DNA from: Glaucostegus cemiculus
Lineage: Eukaryota
Assembly: GCA_976551045.1 (NCBI GenBank)
Contig: CDPCPM010000311.1
Span: forward strand, 2,790,001 to 2,854,000
Length of the DNA: 64,000 nucleotides
Direction: 5' to 3'
Below the pieces are notes generated by a model. The model saw only the letters and a list, made by a program, of their open reading frames with translations. It was not told the origin of the DNA and ran no database searches. Below are positions 10,997 to 23,040 of the stretch, in pieces (the first letter of the stretch is position 1; each line of letters starts with the position of its first letter). The translations under genes and the position numbers were made by a program.

Positions 10997-11739
10997 TGTT
11001 GAACAAACAGTGCTGCTACAGCCCTAAACCTCGGCCCTTCCCGTTCTCTTCGGTCAACCTCTCAGTGTCGCTGGAGCTGTGGGGCAGCAACACCACCTGC
11101 TGCACCACCGTGCTGCCCTTGGTTCCCATGTTAAACGAACAGCTCCTCTCAGTTGCTGTGGCGACCACTGGACCCCTTGTACAGTGGACTTCCCCTCCGC
11201 CGTCCTTCGATGATGTTCAGTGGGTCACCAGGGTGGAGCCCACCTCAGGTGATGAAAGGTGAGGCCTTGCCCATGTGAAGGCCTTTCTCACCCCCCACAA
11301 CCCCCTCCACCCCTGCCTGTGGAAATTATCTTCACAGCTGTAAAATTCTCTGGTGTCGAACAATAGTTGAAAAGACTTTAAATGGGACTAAATATTGTTA
11401 AAGATTATTTTAGAGTAAAAAAAAACAAATTTAGGGAAAAACAGATCAAACGTGCTGACTATCAGAGTGTTGGGCTTCTCTATGGAAGCAGCAGACACAC
11501 TGGAACTCAGTCCCCTCTCCATTGCCATGGTCTCCACCGAACCCCTCTGATACTCTTCCGTAATGTGATGACAAAAACCGTACACTGCCTTCTGTGTTAA
11601 TTATCTCAGCCACACTTTCTGCGGCCTAATTAGGGGATACAGCTGGCAAAATAGTCCTTTTATCACAAGAATAATAACCTGGCAGACAGAATTAAGAAGA
11701 GAGAGGGGAGAAAAAAAACATTTCTTCTAACAGAAGTCG

Positions 11740-12300
11740 GCACCTCGTACAGATGCACCAGAGACAGCATCCTATCCGGATGCATCACAGCTTGGCATTG
11801 CAACTGCTCTGCCCCAGACCGCCAGAACTTGCAGAGACCTGTGAACGCAGCCCAGTCTATCACGGAAATCAGTTTCCCCTCCAGTTACTGCCTGCACTTC
11901 CTACTGCATTGAGAAAGCAGCCAACAAAACCATGGACACCTCCCACCCTGGTCACTCTCTCTTCTCTCCCCGCTTATTAGGCAGAAGATACAAAAGCTTG
12001 AAAACATGTACCAACAGTTTCAAGGACAGCTTCTGTCCTGTTGTTATAAGACTCTTGAATGGTTCTGACTTACAAGAAAGATGAACTCCTGATCTCTCAA
12101 TCTATCTCGTCATGGCCCTTGCACTGTCTCCCTGCACTGCACTTTCTCTGTAACTGTGACACCATGTTCTGCATCTTGTTTTATTTCCCTTTTGTACTAT
12201 CTCGATGTACTTATGTCCAGAATGATCTGTCTCGATGGCAAACAAACAAAAATGCTTCACTGTATCTCAGCACATGTGACAATAATAAACCGATTACCCA
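11740..12300 (+). mobile_element. Rex1/Babar-like LINE 3' fragment with tail
   Basis: Degenerate YRCT..SILSGCITAW..NC and HPGHSLFS..GRRYKSLKTCTNSFKDSF; tail cttcactgtatctcagcacatgtgacaataataaacc. Confidence 0.75.
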
Positions 12301-12789
12301 ATGCTGAGAAACGTTCTTTGCAGCCACTTTGATTGCAGTCAATTTTGTTCAATGCCACATATTCATTGGGATAACAATAATTCTTTAATTCCACAGCCAA
12401 TAAACCTTGAACTTTTAATTTAAATCCATAAAGCCTAAAGAATAAACGAGGAAGAAGAATAAAACTAGTTGGAAGTATATTTGATGGGTGTGCTGAACAA
12501 GCCATGGGCCAACTCCCATTGTTAGATCTGCCAGCCCTGCCTATAACAGAGGATTGAATCCCAAGCAAGCAGGTTGGATCAAGGTTCCAATGATGGTGTG
12601 TGCGTATGAATCGTTTCGACGGAAGCTTTGGTTCAATGTAACATCCTGATGTTCACGAGTCTTAGTTGCTTTGGGATCTGGATAGTCTTAGAGAGGTACG
12701 GTGAGGAAACAGGCCCTTCAGCCCATCGAGTTTGCTCTGACTGTCAACCAGCCATCTTCATTAATCCTGCACTAATCCTATCATTTTAG

Positions 12790-13092
12790 GCAGGCACGCT
12801 AATGTAGCGGTTAACATAGTGCTATTACATTGCCAGCAACCCGGGTTCAATTCCCGATGCTGTCCGTAAGGTGTTTGTACGTTCTCCCCGTGTCTGCGTG
12901 GGTTTCCTCCGGGTGCTCCGGTTTCCTCCCACGTTCCAAGGACGTACAAGTTAGGAAGTTGTGGGCGTGCTATATCGGTGCTGGAAGCGTGGCGACACTT
13001 GCGGGCTGCCCCCCAGAACACTCTATGCAAAAAAGATGCATTTCACTGTTGCTTCGATGTACATGTGACTAATAGAGAAATCTTATCTTTAT
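12790..13092 (+). mobile_element. V-SINE subfamily B (different 3' tail)
   Basis: Same tRNA head and V-domain as subfamily A, then gttaggaagttgtgggcgtgc..tttcactgttgcttcgatgtacatgtgactaatagagaaatcttatctt. Confidence 0.85.
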
Positions 13093-14139
13093 TCTCTTCA
13101 TTTTCCCATCAATTACCCCAGATTCTATCAGTCACCTCCACACCAGGGGCAACTTACAGTGGCCAATGAACCGACCAACCTGCATGACTTGGGGATGAGT
13201 AAAGGAACTAGGGCATCCAGAGGAAACCCCATGCAGTCACAGAAATCAGCGCAGGGGTGGGGAGAGAAGGCATGTGAGAGTGGCCATTCCCACCTGGCAG
13301 AAGGTGCCTGAGGCTCTGCAGCAGCCGGCAAGTCCATCCCCATCCATCCCGCCCATCTCCCAAATGCTCGTTCGTATGTACAAGGTGCCCATAAATCAGG
13401 TGTTCATAACCTGTGGGTGGTGGTGGGGAACCTGTTGCATTATATTTGTAGCTTTCTGATCTTCTGGACTTCACAATCCATGGAATTTTTTGCAGCCTCT
13501 TCCCTTAATACCCTGGGAGGCAGACCATCAGCTCTGGGGATCTGTTGGTCTTTAGCCCTGTTAGTGTGCCTGGTACTTGTTCCCCAGCACAGACATTGTT
13601 CTAAGTCCCTGCTTCCCTATTGCCCCTGAATTATCTGTTAATGTTGAGATGTCTTTAATATCTTCTATCAATCAAAAAGTTATTTAGAATCCATGTCTCC
13701 ATTTCTCACTTTTGAATCTCAATCTCATTGTCTAAAGGAACAACATTTAGGTTCATTCTCTCTTTAATTTCTCCAAGGTTAGACCATGTAACCTGTTGTG
13801 TCTTTGTGCTTTGAAGGAATGCATATGTGATGCAAGTCATATGTTCTGTCCATTGCTGTCACCCAGTCTACCCCAGCCAACATGCCCCTTGTTGCTTCAT
13901 TATTTCCTCTGTTTGACTGTGAACCAGGTTTCATGTTGATTTGCATCACTTTTGTCATTAATGTAAAATTCTATCACATTAACACCACTCATTTACCAGG
14001 GTCACTTTACAACAAGATTAATGTGCAGGGAATGGAGGGATATGGGTCATGTGCAGGCAGAAGAGGTTTGGTTTAATGTTCAGCACAGACATTGTGGGCT
14101 GAAGGGCCTGTTTCTGTGCTGTACCTGCTGTATGTATGT

Positions 14140-14520
14140 AACATTATTAATTAACCCTTTGTTATTGCATTGTACTGAATCTAAAATAGCCGGTTGTCTG
14201 GTCAGTTTCAAAACACACTGATCTAGAAACCCATTTCGTACACATTCCACAAACTCATCCATTACATGGTTGGTACTTTCTTGATTTATTCAATCCATTT
14301 TTCTATTAAAATCCCCCATGATTACTGTGTTACCCTCACTACATTGCTTATGCCATGCCCTATATCACTATCTGAATGTATGTAGACGTCTCCCACCAAT
14401 GTTTGCCATCTCCATATACTTCCTGGATCCACCCAAGCTGAGATGCCAATTATAGATCATTTCTAGCTACCTTACCGATGTTGTTAACAACACTACCCCG
14501 GTCCTTTGCCTAAATGATCA
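14140..14520 (-). mobile_element. Degenerate internal CR1 ORF2 fragment
   Basis: Reverse ORF DEFVECVRNGFLDQCVLKLTRQPAILD, preceded by VIMGDFN, typical of the CR1 endonuclease C-terminus. Confidence 0.6.
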
Positions 14521-14724
14521 GGGCCGGAATTAGGGGAGAGCTGAGAGCTCAGAGACCGATTGCCTAGGAGAAGGAAGGGATGAAACTATGCTTTGAATGT
14601 ATGGATGAGAACTTTAAACACCAGCTGAATGGGACAGTACAAGTACAGCAGAGAACTGGATGACCTTAGCATGTGCATTTACATTGGAATACAACAGGGG
14701 TACAGCACAGAAACTGTCCATTTG

Positions 14725-15365
14725 ACAATAGACAATAGACAATAGGAGCAGAAGTAGACCATTCGGCCCTTCGAGTCTGCTCTGCTATTTTGAGATCATG
14801 GCTGATCCTCAACACTCAATATCCCGTTCCTGCCTTATCCCCATATCCCTTGATTCCCCTGTCTATAAGAAACCTATCTAGCTCCTTCTTGAAAGTGCCC
14901 AGAGTATTGGCCTCCACTGCCCTCTGAGGCAGTGCGTTCCACAAACTCACAACCCTCTGGGAGAAGAAGTTTTTCCTCACCTAAATGGCCTACCCCTTAT
15001 TCTTAAATCATGCCCTCTGGTCCTGGACTTCCCCAACATCTGGAACATATTTCCTGTCTCTATCTTGTCCAATCTCTTAACAATCTTGTATGTTTCAATC
15101 AGATCCCCTCTCAATCTTCTCAATTCCAGCGTGGACAATCCCAGTCTATCCAACCTCTCTGCATAAGACAGTCCAGACATCCCCGGAATTAACCTCATAA
15201 ACCTACGCTGCACGCCCTCTATAGCCAGGATATCCTTCCTTAACCCCGGAGACCAAAACTGTACACAATAATCCAGGAGCGGTCTCACCAGGGCCCTGTA
15301 CAAATGCAAAAGAATCTCTTTGCTCTTGTACTCAATTCCCCTGGTAATACAGGCCAACTTTCCAT
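14725..15365 (-). mobile_element. CR1/HER1-like LINE 3' fragment
   Basis: ORF 14977-15402 encodes LYRALVRPLLDYCVQFWSP..RLRGDLIETYKIVK..SRTRGHDLRIRG; tail of (ctattgt)n repeats. Confidence 0.88.
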
Positions 15366-15793
15366 TAGGTCCAACTAATCCATGCCAGTATTTAACTTCC
15401 ACTCAAGCCTCTGCCCATCCTTTCTCATCTAAATCTATAAGCTTCATTCTTTATTCTCCTTTTCCTCATGCTTGTCCAGACACCGCCTTAAATGTGTCCA
15501 TTTTCTTTGCTTCAACAGTGACAGTGAGTTCCTCATTCTTGCCACTCTTTAGGTAAAGATCCTTCTCCTGAATTCCCTCTTACATTTTGTGGTGACTTCC
15601 AGTTCTGCTCTTCCCCACAAATGGGAACGTTCTCCTGAAAACCTTCTATCAAAACCTTCTAAAGACGTTTATAGGGTCACTCCTCAAGAGACCCAACGTG
15701 TTACCCAGTAACTGAAAGAGGCAACAATAGAAGCTGAAAGAAAAGCAAGAAGGTATAGTTTTTTGTGTCTTTGCGCTGTACCACTGCTGCAAA

Positions 15794-16098
15794 GGATAAG
15801 ATAAGGTGTCTTCATTAGTCACATGTACATCAAAACACACAGTGAAATGTATCTTTTGCGTAGAGCGTTCTGGGGGGGGGCAGCCCGCAAGTGTTGCCAC
15901 GCTTCCGGCGCCAACATAGCACGCCCACAACTTCCTAACCTGCACGTCTTTGGAATGTGGGAGGAAACCGGAGCACCTGGAGGAAACCCATGCAGGTACA
16001 GGAGGAACGTACAAACTCCTTACAGACAGCGGCGGGAATTGAACCCTGGTCGCTGACGCTGTAATATTGTTATGCTAACCGCTACACTACCGTGCCTG
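15794..16098 (-). mobile_element. V-SINE subfamily B
   Basis: Reverse complement of the 12790-13092 element. Confidence 0.85.
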
Positions 16099-17114
16099 CA
16101 AATTTCATAAGACAGTGGGTAGTAAACCAGATTCTGATTCTGATTCTGGCTACTTGTCATGAACTTGGCCAGTTGCCTTTGGCTACTGTTTGGTGGCCAA
16201 CAGAACTGACCAGGAACTGGAAGAAGATGGCTGGTTACCCAGAGAGTTAGGTTGAGATTTGAAGAAGCCAATTACAGTCTCAGCTAAGTCTCCTTGTTGA
16301 ACTTCATAAGAAATCTGTGAGGCAGGTACTTGCACAACATTTAACTAGTATCTAAACTAGCACTTGAATTGCCAAAGCATGGAAGCCGTTGGACCAAGTG
16401 CTGATATAAGGGCTTGGCGTAGATAGATGGACAGGGTGGCCTGAAGGGTCTGTATCTGTGCTGTGGTTGACTGAGTTGAAGAGAGGTGTCAGGGTGGCAC
16501 TGCCATTGGGTGACAGTGATGGTTAGATACTGTGGCGGGTGGCCTTCACAATGGTTTTCACGCCAACCTCAACTCTTCCTTCACAACTATGGACAGCGGT
16601 GGACAGAGGCACACAGGCTCCGTTTTCCTTCAAGCTCCTAATCAGCTGCCTTATTAGAGCCGAGACTGAACTTGTTAGCATCAGCCAATCCACGAGATCT
16701 TGGCTACTTGCTCTGTTCCCTTTGAGTCCTTTGCCATTCGCCTGAGAGCTGTGGTTCAACGTCCTTCACCCAGTGGGGCTCACCCTGTTCTCTGTATTAA
16801 CTCCCATTGGATCCCTCATGATTGCGGACACGTCTATTCAATCTAAAGTTAACTAATAGAGTCTCGTACAGCACGGAAGCAGGTTCGTCAGCCCAACTCA
16901 GCCAAGCCGACCAAGATGTCCATCTAAGTTAGCCCATTTGCCCGGGTTGGACCCACGTCCCTCAAAACCTTTCCTAGCATGACCTTGGGGGAATGATTGT
17001 TAGTTAAATCTGGTTGTTACGGGGTCTTACGGCACAGAAACAGGCCCTTCAGCCCACATTATCTATGCTGACCCTTAAGTACCAATCTGTTCTCATCCCA
17101 TTTACCAGCACTCT

Positions 17115-17445
17115 CATAGAATAATACAGCACAGAAAACAGGCCCTTCGGCCCAACTTGCCCATGCTGACCAAGATGCCCATCTAGGCTAGTCCTATTTG
17201 CCCCAGTTTGGCCCATATCCCTCCAAACCTTTCCTCTCCAAATGTCCTTCAAATTTTAATGTACCCACCTCACCCACTTCCTCTGGCAACTTGTTCCGTA
17301 TACCAACCACCCTCTGGGTGAAACCGTTGCCCCTCAGGTTCCTATTAAATCTCTCCCCTCTCACCTTAAACCTGTGCCCTCTGGTTCTTGATTCCCTAAC
17401 CCTAGGGAAAAGACTGAGTGCATTCACCCTGTCTGTGTCCCTCAC
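17115..17445 (-). mobile_element. CR1/HER1-like LINE 3' fragment
   Basis: Encodes LFPRVRESRTRGHRFKVRGERFNRNLRGNGFTQRVVGI, followed by a CR1 tail. Confidence 0.85.
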
Positions 17446-17947
17446 TCACCATGGGAAGGATGTGGAAGCCATAGAGAGGGTGCAGAGGAGGTTTACAAGG
17501 ATGCTGCCTGGAATATGGAGCATGCCTTATGAAAGCAGGTTGAGGGAACTCTTCTCCTTGGAGAGACAGAGGATGAGGGGGGACTTGACAGAGGTGTATA
17601 AGGTGATGAGAGGTATTGATCAGGTAGATAGTCAGAGGCTTTTCCCCAGGGCTGAAATGGTGGCCACAAGAGGACACAGGTTTAAGGTGCTGGGGAGTAG
17701 ATATAGAGGAGATGTCAGGGGTAAGTTTTTTACTCAGAGAGTGGTGCGTGCGTGGAATGGGCTGCCGGAAGCAGTGGTGGAGGCGGATACCATAGGGTCT
17801 TTCAAGAGACTGTTAGATAGGTACATTGATCTGAGTAAAGTAGAGGGCTATGGGAAAGCCTAGCAACTCCTAGGGCAGGGACATGTTCGGCGCAGTCTTG
17901 TGGGCTGAAGGGCCTGAATTGTGCTGTCGTTTTCCTATGTTTCTATG
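17446..17947 (+). mobile_element. CR1/HER1-like LINE 3' fragment (relatively young)
   Basis: Open frame KDVEAIERVQRRFTRMLPG..RGHRFKVLGSRYRGDVRGKFFTQRVVRAWNGLP; same subfamily as 9618-9868 and 32633-33290. Confidence 0.88.
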
Positions 17948-19599
17948 ATTGTGTACACCACGATACGGTCACTTCTGAAGAGGGGCGTGTCTTCCACTGC
18001 AACCCTTCCCAGCCAGTTACAAGTACATGGATACAGATTAAAAAAGATACATAAACACCTTTTAAGCAAATGAAATGAGTTGTAGATGAACAGCCGGTGG
18101 GTGAACCTGCTGTTATTTCTGTGGCGGTTCATAATGCGCTTGGGTTTAAGGCAATGAAAACATAGATTTTAACAAATCTTGCCAACAGACTGCTAAACAA
18201 TAGCGGAAGATAAAACAGCTGTATCCGAAACGTGTGCGGTGCGATCTCAACAAAAAATGACTTCAAACCTCACTCCACCGGATGTGTGTAGATAATTGGA
18301 AAATAGCATTGCACATCTGGAAGTGTGCATAAACATAATTCACGGCTTTTTTTTTCACAGTGATCTCCACTACCTAAAGCCAGATCAAGATCTTACAAGC
18401 TTTATTCTTGCGGCATCCCATTGCTCCTGACTCGCGGTGTACTTCGGAATGAAATTAGACAGGCTCCGGGGAAAGGTCAGTGAAGCGGAATTAGTGGGAG
18501 AGCTCTTTCGTAGGGGCTGGCAGGGGATTGGATGGGCGGAATCGCCTCCGCCAGGGCCGTGTCCCCGGTTCAACGAATTCTCTCTGAGCGTTGTAGCTGA
18601 ACTGCTTGCGAATTTCAGAAATGGGGAGTGGGTCTTTTGAGACGCAAATCGCAATGCCCTCTCCAGAAAAAACTTATCACGAATTGTGCAAATATTGGCA
18701 ACCTGAATCAAACACTGAATGCAAGGACTTCACTCATCCCTGGGGAGACCGGCTGGGGTTTCTGCTCTGACCAAGGGCACCGGACCTGAAACGTTAACTC
18801 TGTTTTTCTCTCCACAGACGCCGCCTGTTTCCAGCATCGACTGCTTTTATTTCAGATTTCCGGCATCTGCATTTAAAAAATTTTCTTTTGCATTTTAATG
18901 CTTCAGATCTTCTGTTCTTGCTGAGCGCTGAAGTCAGAGGTGAACAGGGAAAACCAAATCATTCAAAACCAATTCAAACTGAAAATCAGAATCTGAAGAA
19001 ACTGTAAATAACTCTCTTAGAAAAGGTGAACTTCACTTGTAGGTGCGAATTTTTTTTTTGTTGATTTATTTTTAATTATCAAAGTGTCAATACCGGCATT
19101 CCCGCTCTGTGTGCTCTGTGTAATAATTCAGCCGCAGAGATTTTGTTCAGTAACCTAACGCAGTCCCGAAAAGGTTGATTTCAGAAACTGGACACATAGA
19201 ATTCGATAGAAACGGGACACAAAGAATTTTCACCCGGTCCTTCAGACAAAATGAAATTTCTTCGCGGCTGAAGCAGCATTAAGTTCGAGAAAGAAGATGA
19301 ACACAGTTGAATCATATTTTTTTTAAACAGCGGCGCCGGATAATAACATTTATTTCAAACGATTTCACGATTAAAAGGAACAATTATATTCCAGCCTCTG
19401 GACAATTGTGTTTGATTTTATTTATTATACCCATTCGGTTAAAAAAAGGTATTTCGATATCCCCGGGATAAAATTTGCATTCGATTGAAATGTTTAAGCT
19501 ATTGTGAATATGTATTACGAATATTAAAACATTAAATGAAGACACAAGAGATTGCAGATGCTGGAATCTGGAGCAAAATTTCTTTTGCATTAAAGTATT

Positions 19600-20010
19600 A
19601 AACTTTAATATATTGATGCATAGACTAATAATATAGACTAAAGTCTATATAGTTTAAATATTAAAATATATAATATAGACTAAAGTCTATATATAGAGTT
19701 TAAATATTAAAATATATAATATAGACTAAATTCTATAGTTTAAATATTAAAACATATAATATAGACTAGTCTATATATAGAGTTTAAATATTAAAATATA
19801 TAGTATATATAATATATAAAGTCTATAGACTACATAATACGGTTCTATATATAATACTCTATATATAGTTTAAATATTAAAATATATAATAAAGTCTATA
19901 TATAGTTTAAATATATATACTATATATACTGTATATTTTATTATATATATTATATATTTTAATATTTAAACTCTCTATATAGACTTTAGTCTATATTATA
20001 TATATACACA
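19600..20010. repeat. Very AT-rich tandem array (unit about 42-46 bp, tataatatagactaaagtctatatatagagtttaaatattaaaata) ending in an inverted copy
   Basis: Directly visible; reverse-complement unit at about 19950-20003. Confidence 0.9.
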
Positions 20011-21583
20011 ACAGACATACATAGATTCAACATGTGTGTGTGTACTCTCTATATAGGGTATATGTACGTAAAATCTAGATGGTGTTGCATGTATGTGACT
20101 GTGTCCTCATGTATGTATGTGCATGTTTATATTTTTGACACGCGTGGGTGAATATATACACATGCCCATAATCTACGTGCGTAGAATGTAGTTCTGTACC
20201 GTATAACTGACTTGAGTGTCTGATCAGTTCTATGTGTGGAGGCGGTTAATTGTGTTACCTACACCTCAATTGCTTCGACCGCCTCTCACCGAAACACAAA
20301 CGGGTCGGATCGCCATTGGAACTGCGGTTTGCGGCAGATTGTCTAAACCGGATTCCAGCGGCGAATTTGGACTTTCTCCAAATCCGGCCGGTAGTTTGAA
20401 TCGAAAGCCGCGTCTTTATTACAAGATTTGGGATCGTAATGTTGAGATTTAAAGATTTCCCTGCTCGCCACACAGCAGTTGGTTTTTTATCGTTAAAGAT
20501 GTTAACATCCTTGGAGAGAAAACTGTCCAAATGTCATCATTAACACCCAGCCATCTCCCAGGTTCAATCTAGATTTGTTCTCTAGTTTGCTCTTTATTTT
20601 ACTTGCAGACAGCAGTATTAATATCTGAGTCACTACGAAGGAGTATACTCAGGATAAAAAGACTAGACAGAAACAAGGCGTTACCGTGATCCGAACTGTT
20701 GCACGTATCACGGCTGTAAGATGCAGTTGTCGTTAAATGTTCCTCCAATTAACTCCCGAACACCGTTACATCCAAAACACGCCATGCAATGGTTTGAATT
20801 AATTTTCACCCTTTTTAATTTCGTTCGGAGGTGGGTTTAGGCATTTCAATTTAGTGTCTCAAGTCCCGCACTTCCCAGGAACAAAACAGGTTCAAACCCT
20901 GCCCTGAATCCCATGGATAAATTGATTTTAACTTCAGAAATGCCCGCTTTAATTTCACCGCTCTCACCACCGAGTTCCCCTTTGCTTTATCGAATATGTC
21001 AAAATGGAGGCGATAATTCCTCATAATGATGTTTTACTGTAACCGAATTATTCAGTCTGTGAAGTACTGATGGGTTGTATTAATTCACATCATATTTCGC
21101 CTCCTGCTGTAAGTATTAGCTGGAACAGGCTTATAGTTCTGAAATGTATCAGGAGGAACGAAGTGAGCCGGTGTTGGTTCCCAATGGGTGTGTCCAGCGG
21201 CTCGGGCCGAAGCTCTTGACAAAGGACCGAGCCCTGGGTTTAGGTTAACAAGAAACAAGCGGGTGCCCGGCCAGTCTCCGCACGCTTCTCCCCTGAACAG
21301 TTGCCAGATCGCCACCGCCCATCCGTGGCAGGACCCTGCCTGTCATCGCGCTGCTCAGCGCCGAGCTCCGGTTCAATTCGGGCCATCGAACCGGGGACAG
21401 AGAACACGTCCACCCATCGGAGCCCCAGGAAGCTCAGCCTGAAACCTCGCCCCCACCCTTTCAAACAGACTTCCAACAAGGAAGGCAGAAATTTTATACG
21501 CATAAATTATATTGAAGACATTCATAGAAATAATCTTTAGAAATCTACCTGTCTATCCGTCTGTCCGCCTCTCTATTTAGATC

Positions 21584-21769
21584 NNNNNNNNNNNNNNNNN
21601 NNNNNNNNNNNNNNNNNNNNNNNNNNNNNNNNNNNNNNNNNNNNNNNNNNNNNNNNNNNNNNNNNNNNNNNNNNNNNNNNNNNNNNNNNNNNNNNNNNNN
21701 NNNNNNNNNNNNNNNNNNNNNNNNNNNNNNNNNNNNNNNNNNNNNNNNNNNNNNNNNNNNNNNNNNNNN
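21584..21769. other. Assembly gap (186 N); further gaps at 24397-24534 and 28013-28256
   Basis: Runs of N. Confidence 1.
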
Positions 21770-21849
21770 TTTATTTCTGATGGTATGTAAGATTCAGATA
21801 GCTATCTATATATTTGTGATTACTTACTAACATCAACAGTTTATGTCCG

Positions 21850-22149
21850 TGTGTGTCCCTGTCCTTCACCCGTCCCTCCTGTGGGCTCGGAGCAGACATC
21901 ACTCGCCGTATACATACCGGCTGCGAGAAGCCGGCGGAGCAGCCGGCGCGGTCGGTGGCTGTGCCGTGCGCGGTGGCGTTGAGCGTGGGACGGAGTGTGG
22001 GCTGCCTTCTCTCTGTTTTTGCCCCCCCCCCACGGCCCGGAGTCCAGCTATTGGGAAACTTATCCGTTTCTGCCGACATGCAACAAATAGGCTTTACAGA
22101 TCGTGATGTTGTATTAAACCGTGGATCAGGGTTACACAGATCGCCCACG
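21850..22149 (+). other. Candidate ISLR2 non-coding first exon (start approximate)
   Basis: GC/CpG-rich stretch ending at a consensus donor, ACG|gtgagt (22149/22150). Confidence 0.45.
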
Positions 22150-22259
22150 GTGAGTAGATTATAGAACTCCTGCCTGCAGTATGGCGATCGGACCCTGTCT
22201 CTGTGCAACGGGTACAGGTATTACACCGGCATTCTGTTCATCCGCGAGGTGTTTGTCCA

Positions 22260-23030
22260 TCTCTCACACTTACACCTTCACGCACGTTCACACTCCCTCT
22301 CTCACACTTTCACACACTCCCTCCTCACACCCTCCCTCTCACACTCTCCCTCTCTCACACTCTCCATCATACACTTTCACTCACTGTCACTCTCACACTC
22401 CCTCCCTCTCACACTCTCTCCATCTCACACTCCCTCCCTCTCACCCTCCCTCCCTCACACTCCCTCCCTCTCACACTCCCTCCCTCACACACTGTCCCTC
22501 TCACACACCCTCCCTCTCACACTCCCTCTCACACTCCCTCCCTCACACACTCTTTCCCTTACACACTTTCACACCCTCCCTCTCACACCCTCCCTCTCAC
22601 ACTCCCTCCCTCACACCCTCTCACACTCCCTCCCTCTCACACTCCCTCCCTCTCACCCTCACACGCTTTCACACACTCTCCCTCTCACACTCCCTCCCTC
22701 TCACACTCCCTCTCACACTCCCTCACACACTCTTTCCCTTACACACTTTCACACCCTCCCTCTCACACCCTCCCTCTCACACCCTCCCTCTCACACTCCC
22801 TCCCTCACACCCTCTCACACTCCCTCCCTCTCACACTCCCTCCCTCTCACCCTCACACGCTTTCACACACTCTCCCTCTCACACTCCCTCCCTCACACAC
22901 TCTCCCTCTCACACACTCCCTCTCACACTCCCTCCCTCTCACACTCCCTGCTTCTCTCCCTCCTTCACTCTCGCTCACCTCTCCCCCACGCCCTTTCCCT
23001 CTCACTCCCTCCTTTCTGTCTCTCTCCATC
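22260..23030. repeat. C/T/A low-complexity array (ctcacactccctccct)n with a higher-order duplication
   Basis: Almost no G on the + strand; block 22545-22700 is repeated at 22725-22890. Confidence 0.95.
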
Positions 23031-23040
23031 TCTCCTGAAG

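Noticed and set aside
16579-16600. RE1/NRSE-like motif (ttcacaactatggacagcggt)
   Set aside because: The left half-site has several mismatches at conserved positions.
17198-17863. 221-aa ORF that might be a domesticated RT gene
   Set aside because: Chance fusion of an antisense CR1 tail with a sense CR1 C-terminal fragment; no catalytic RT core.
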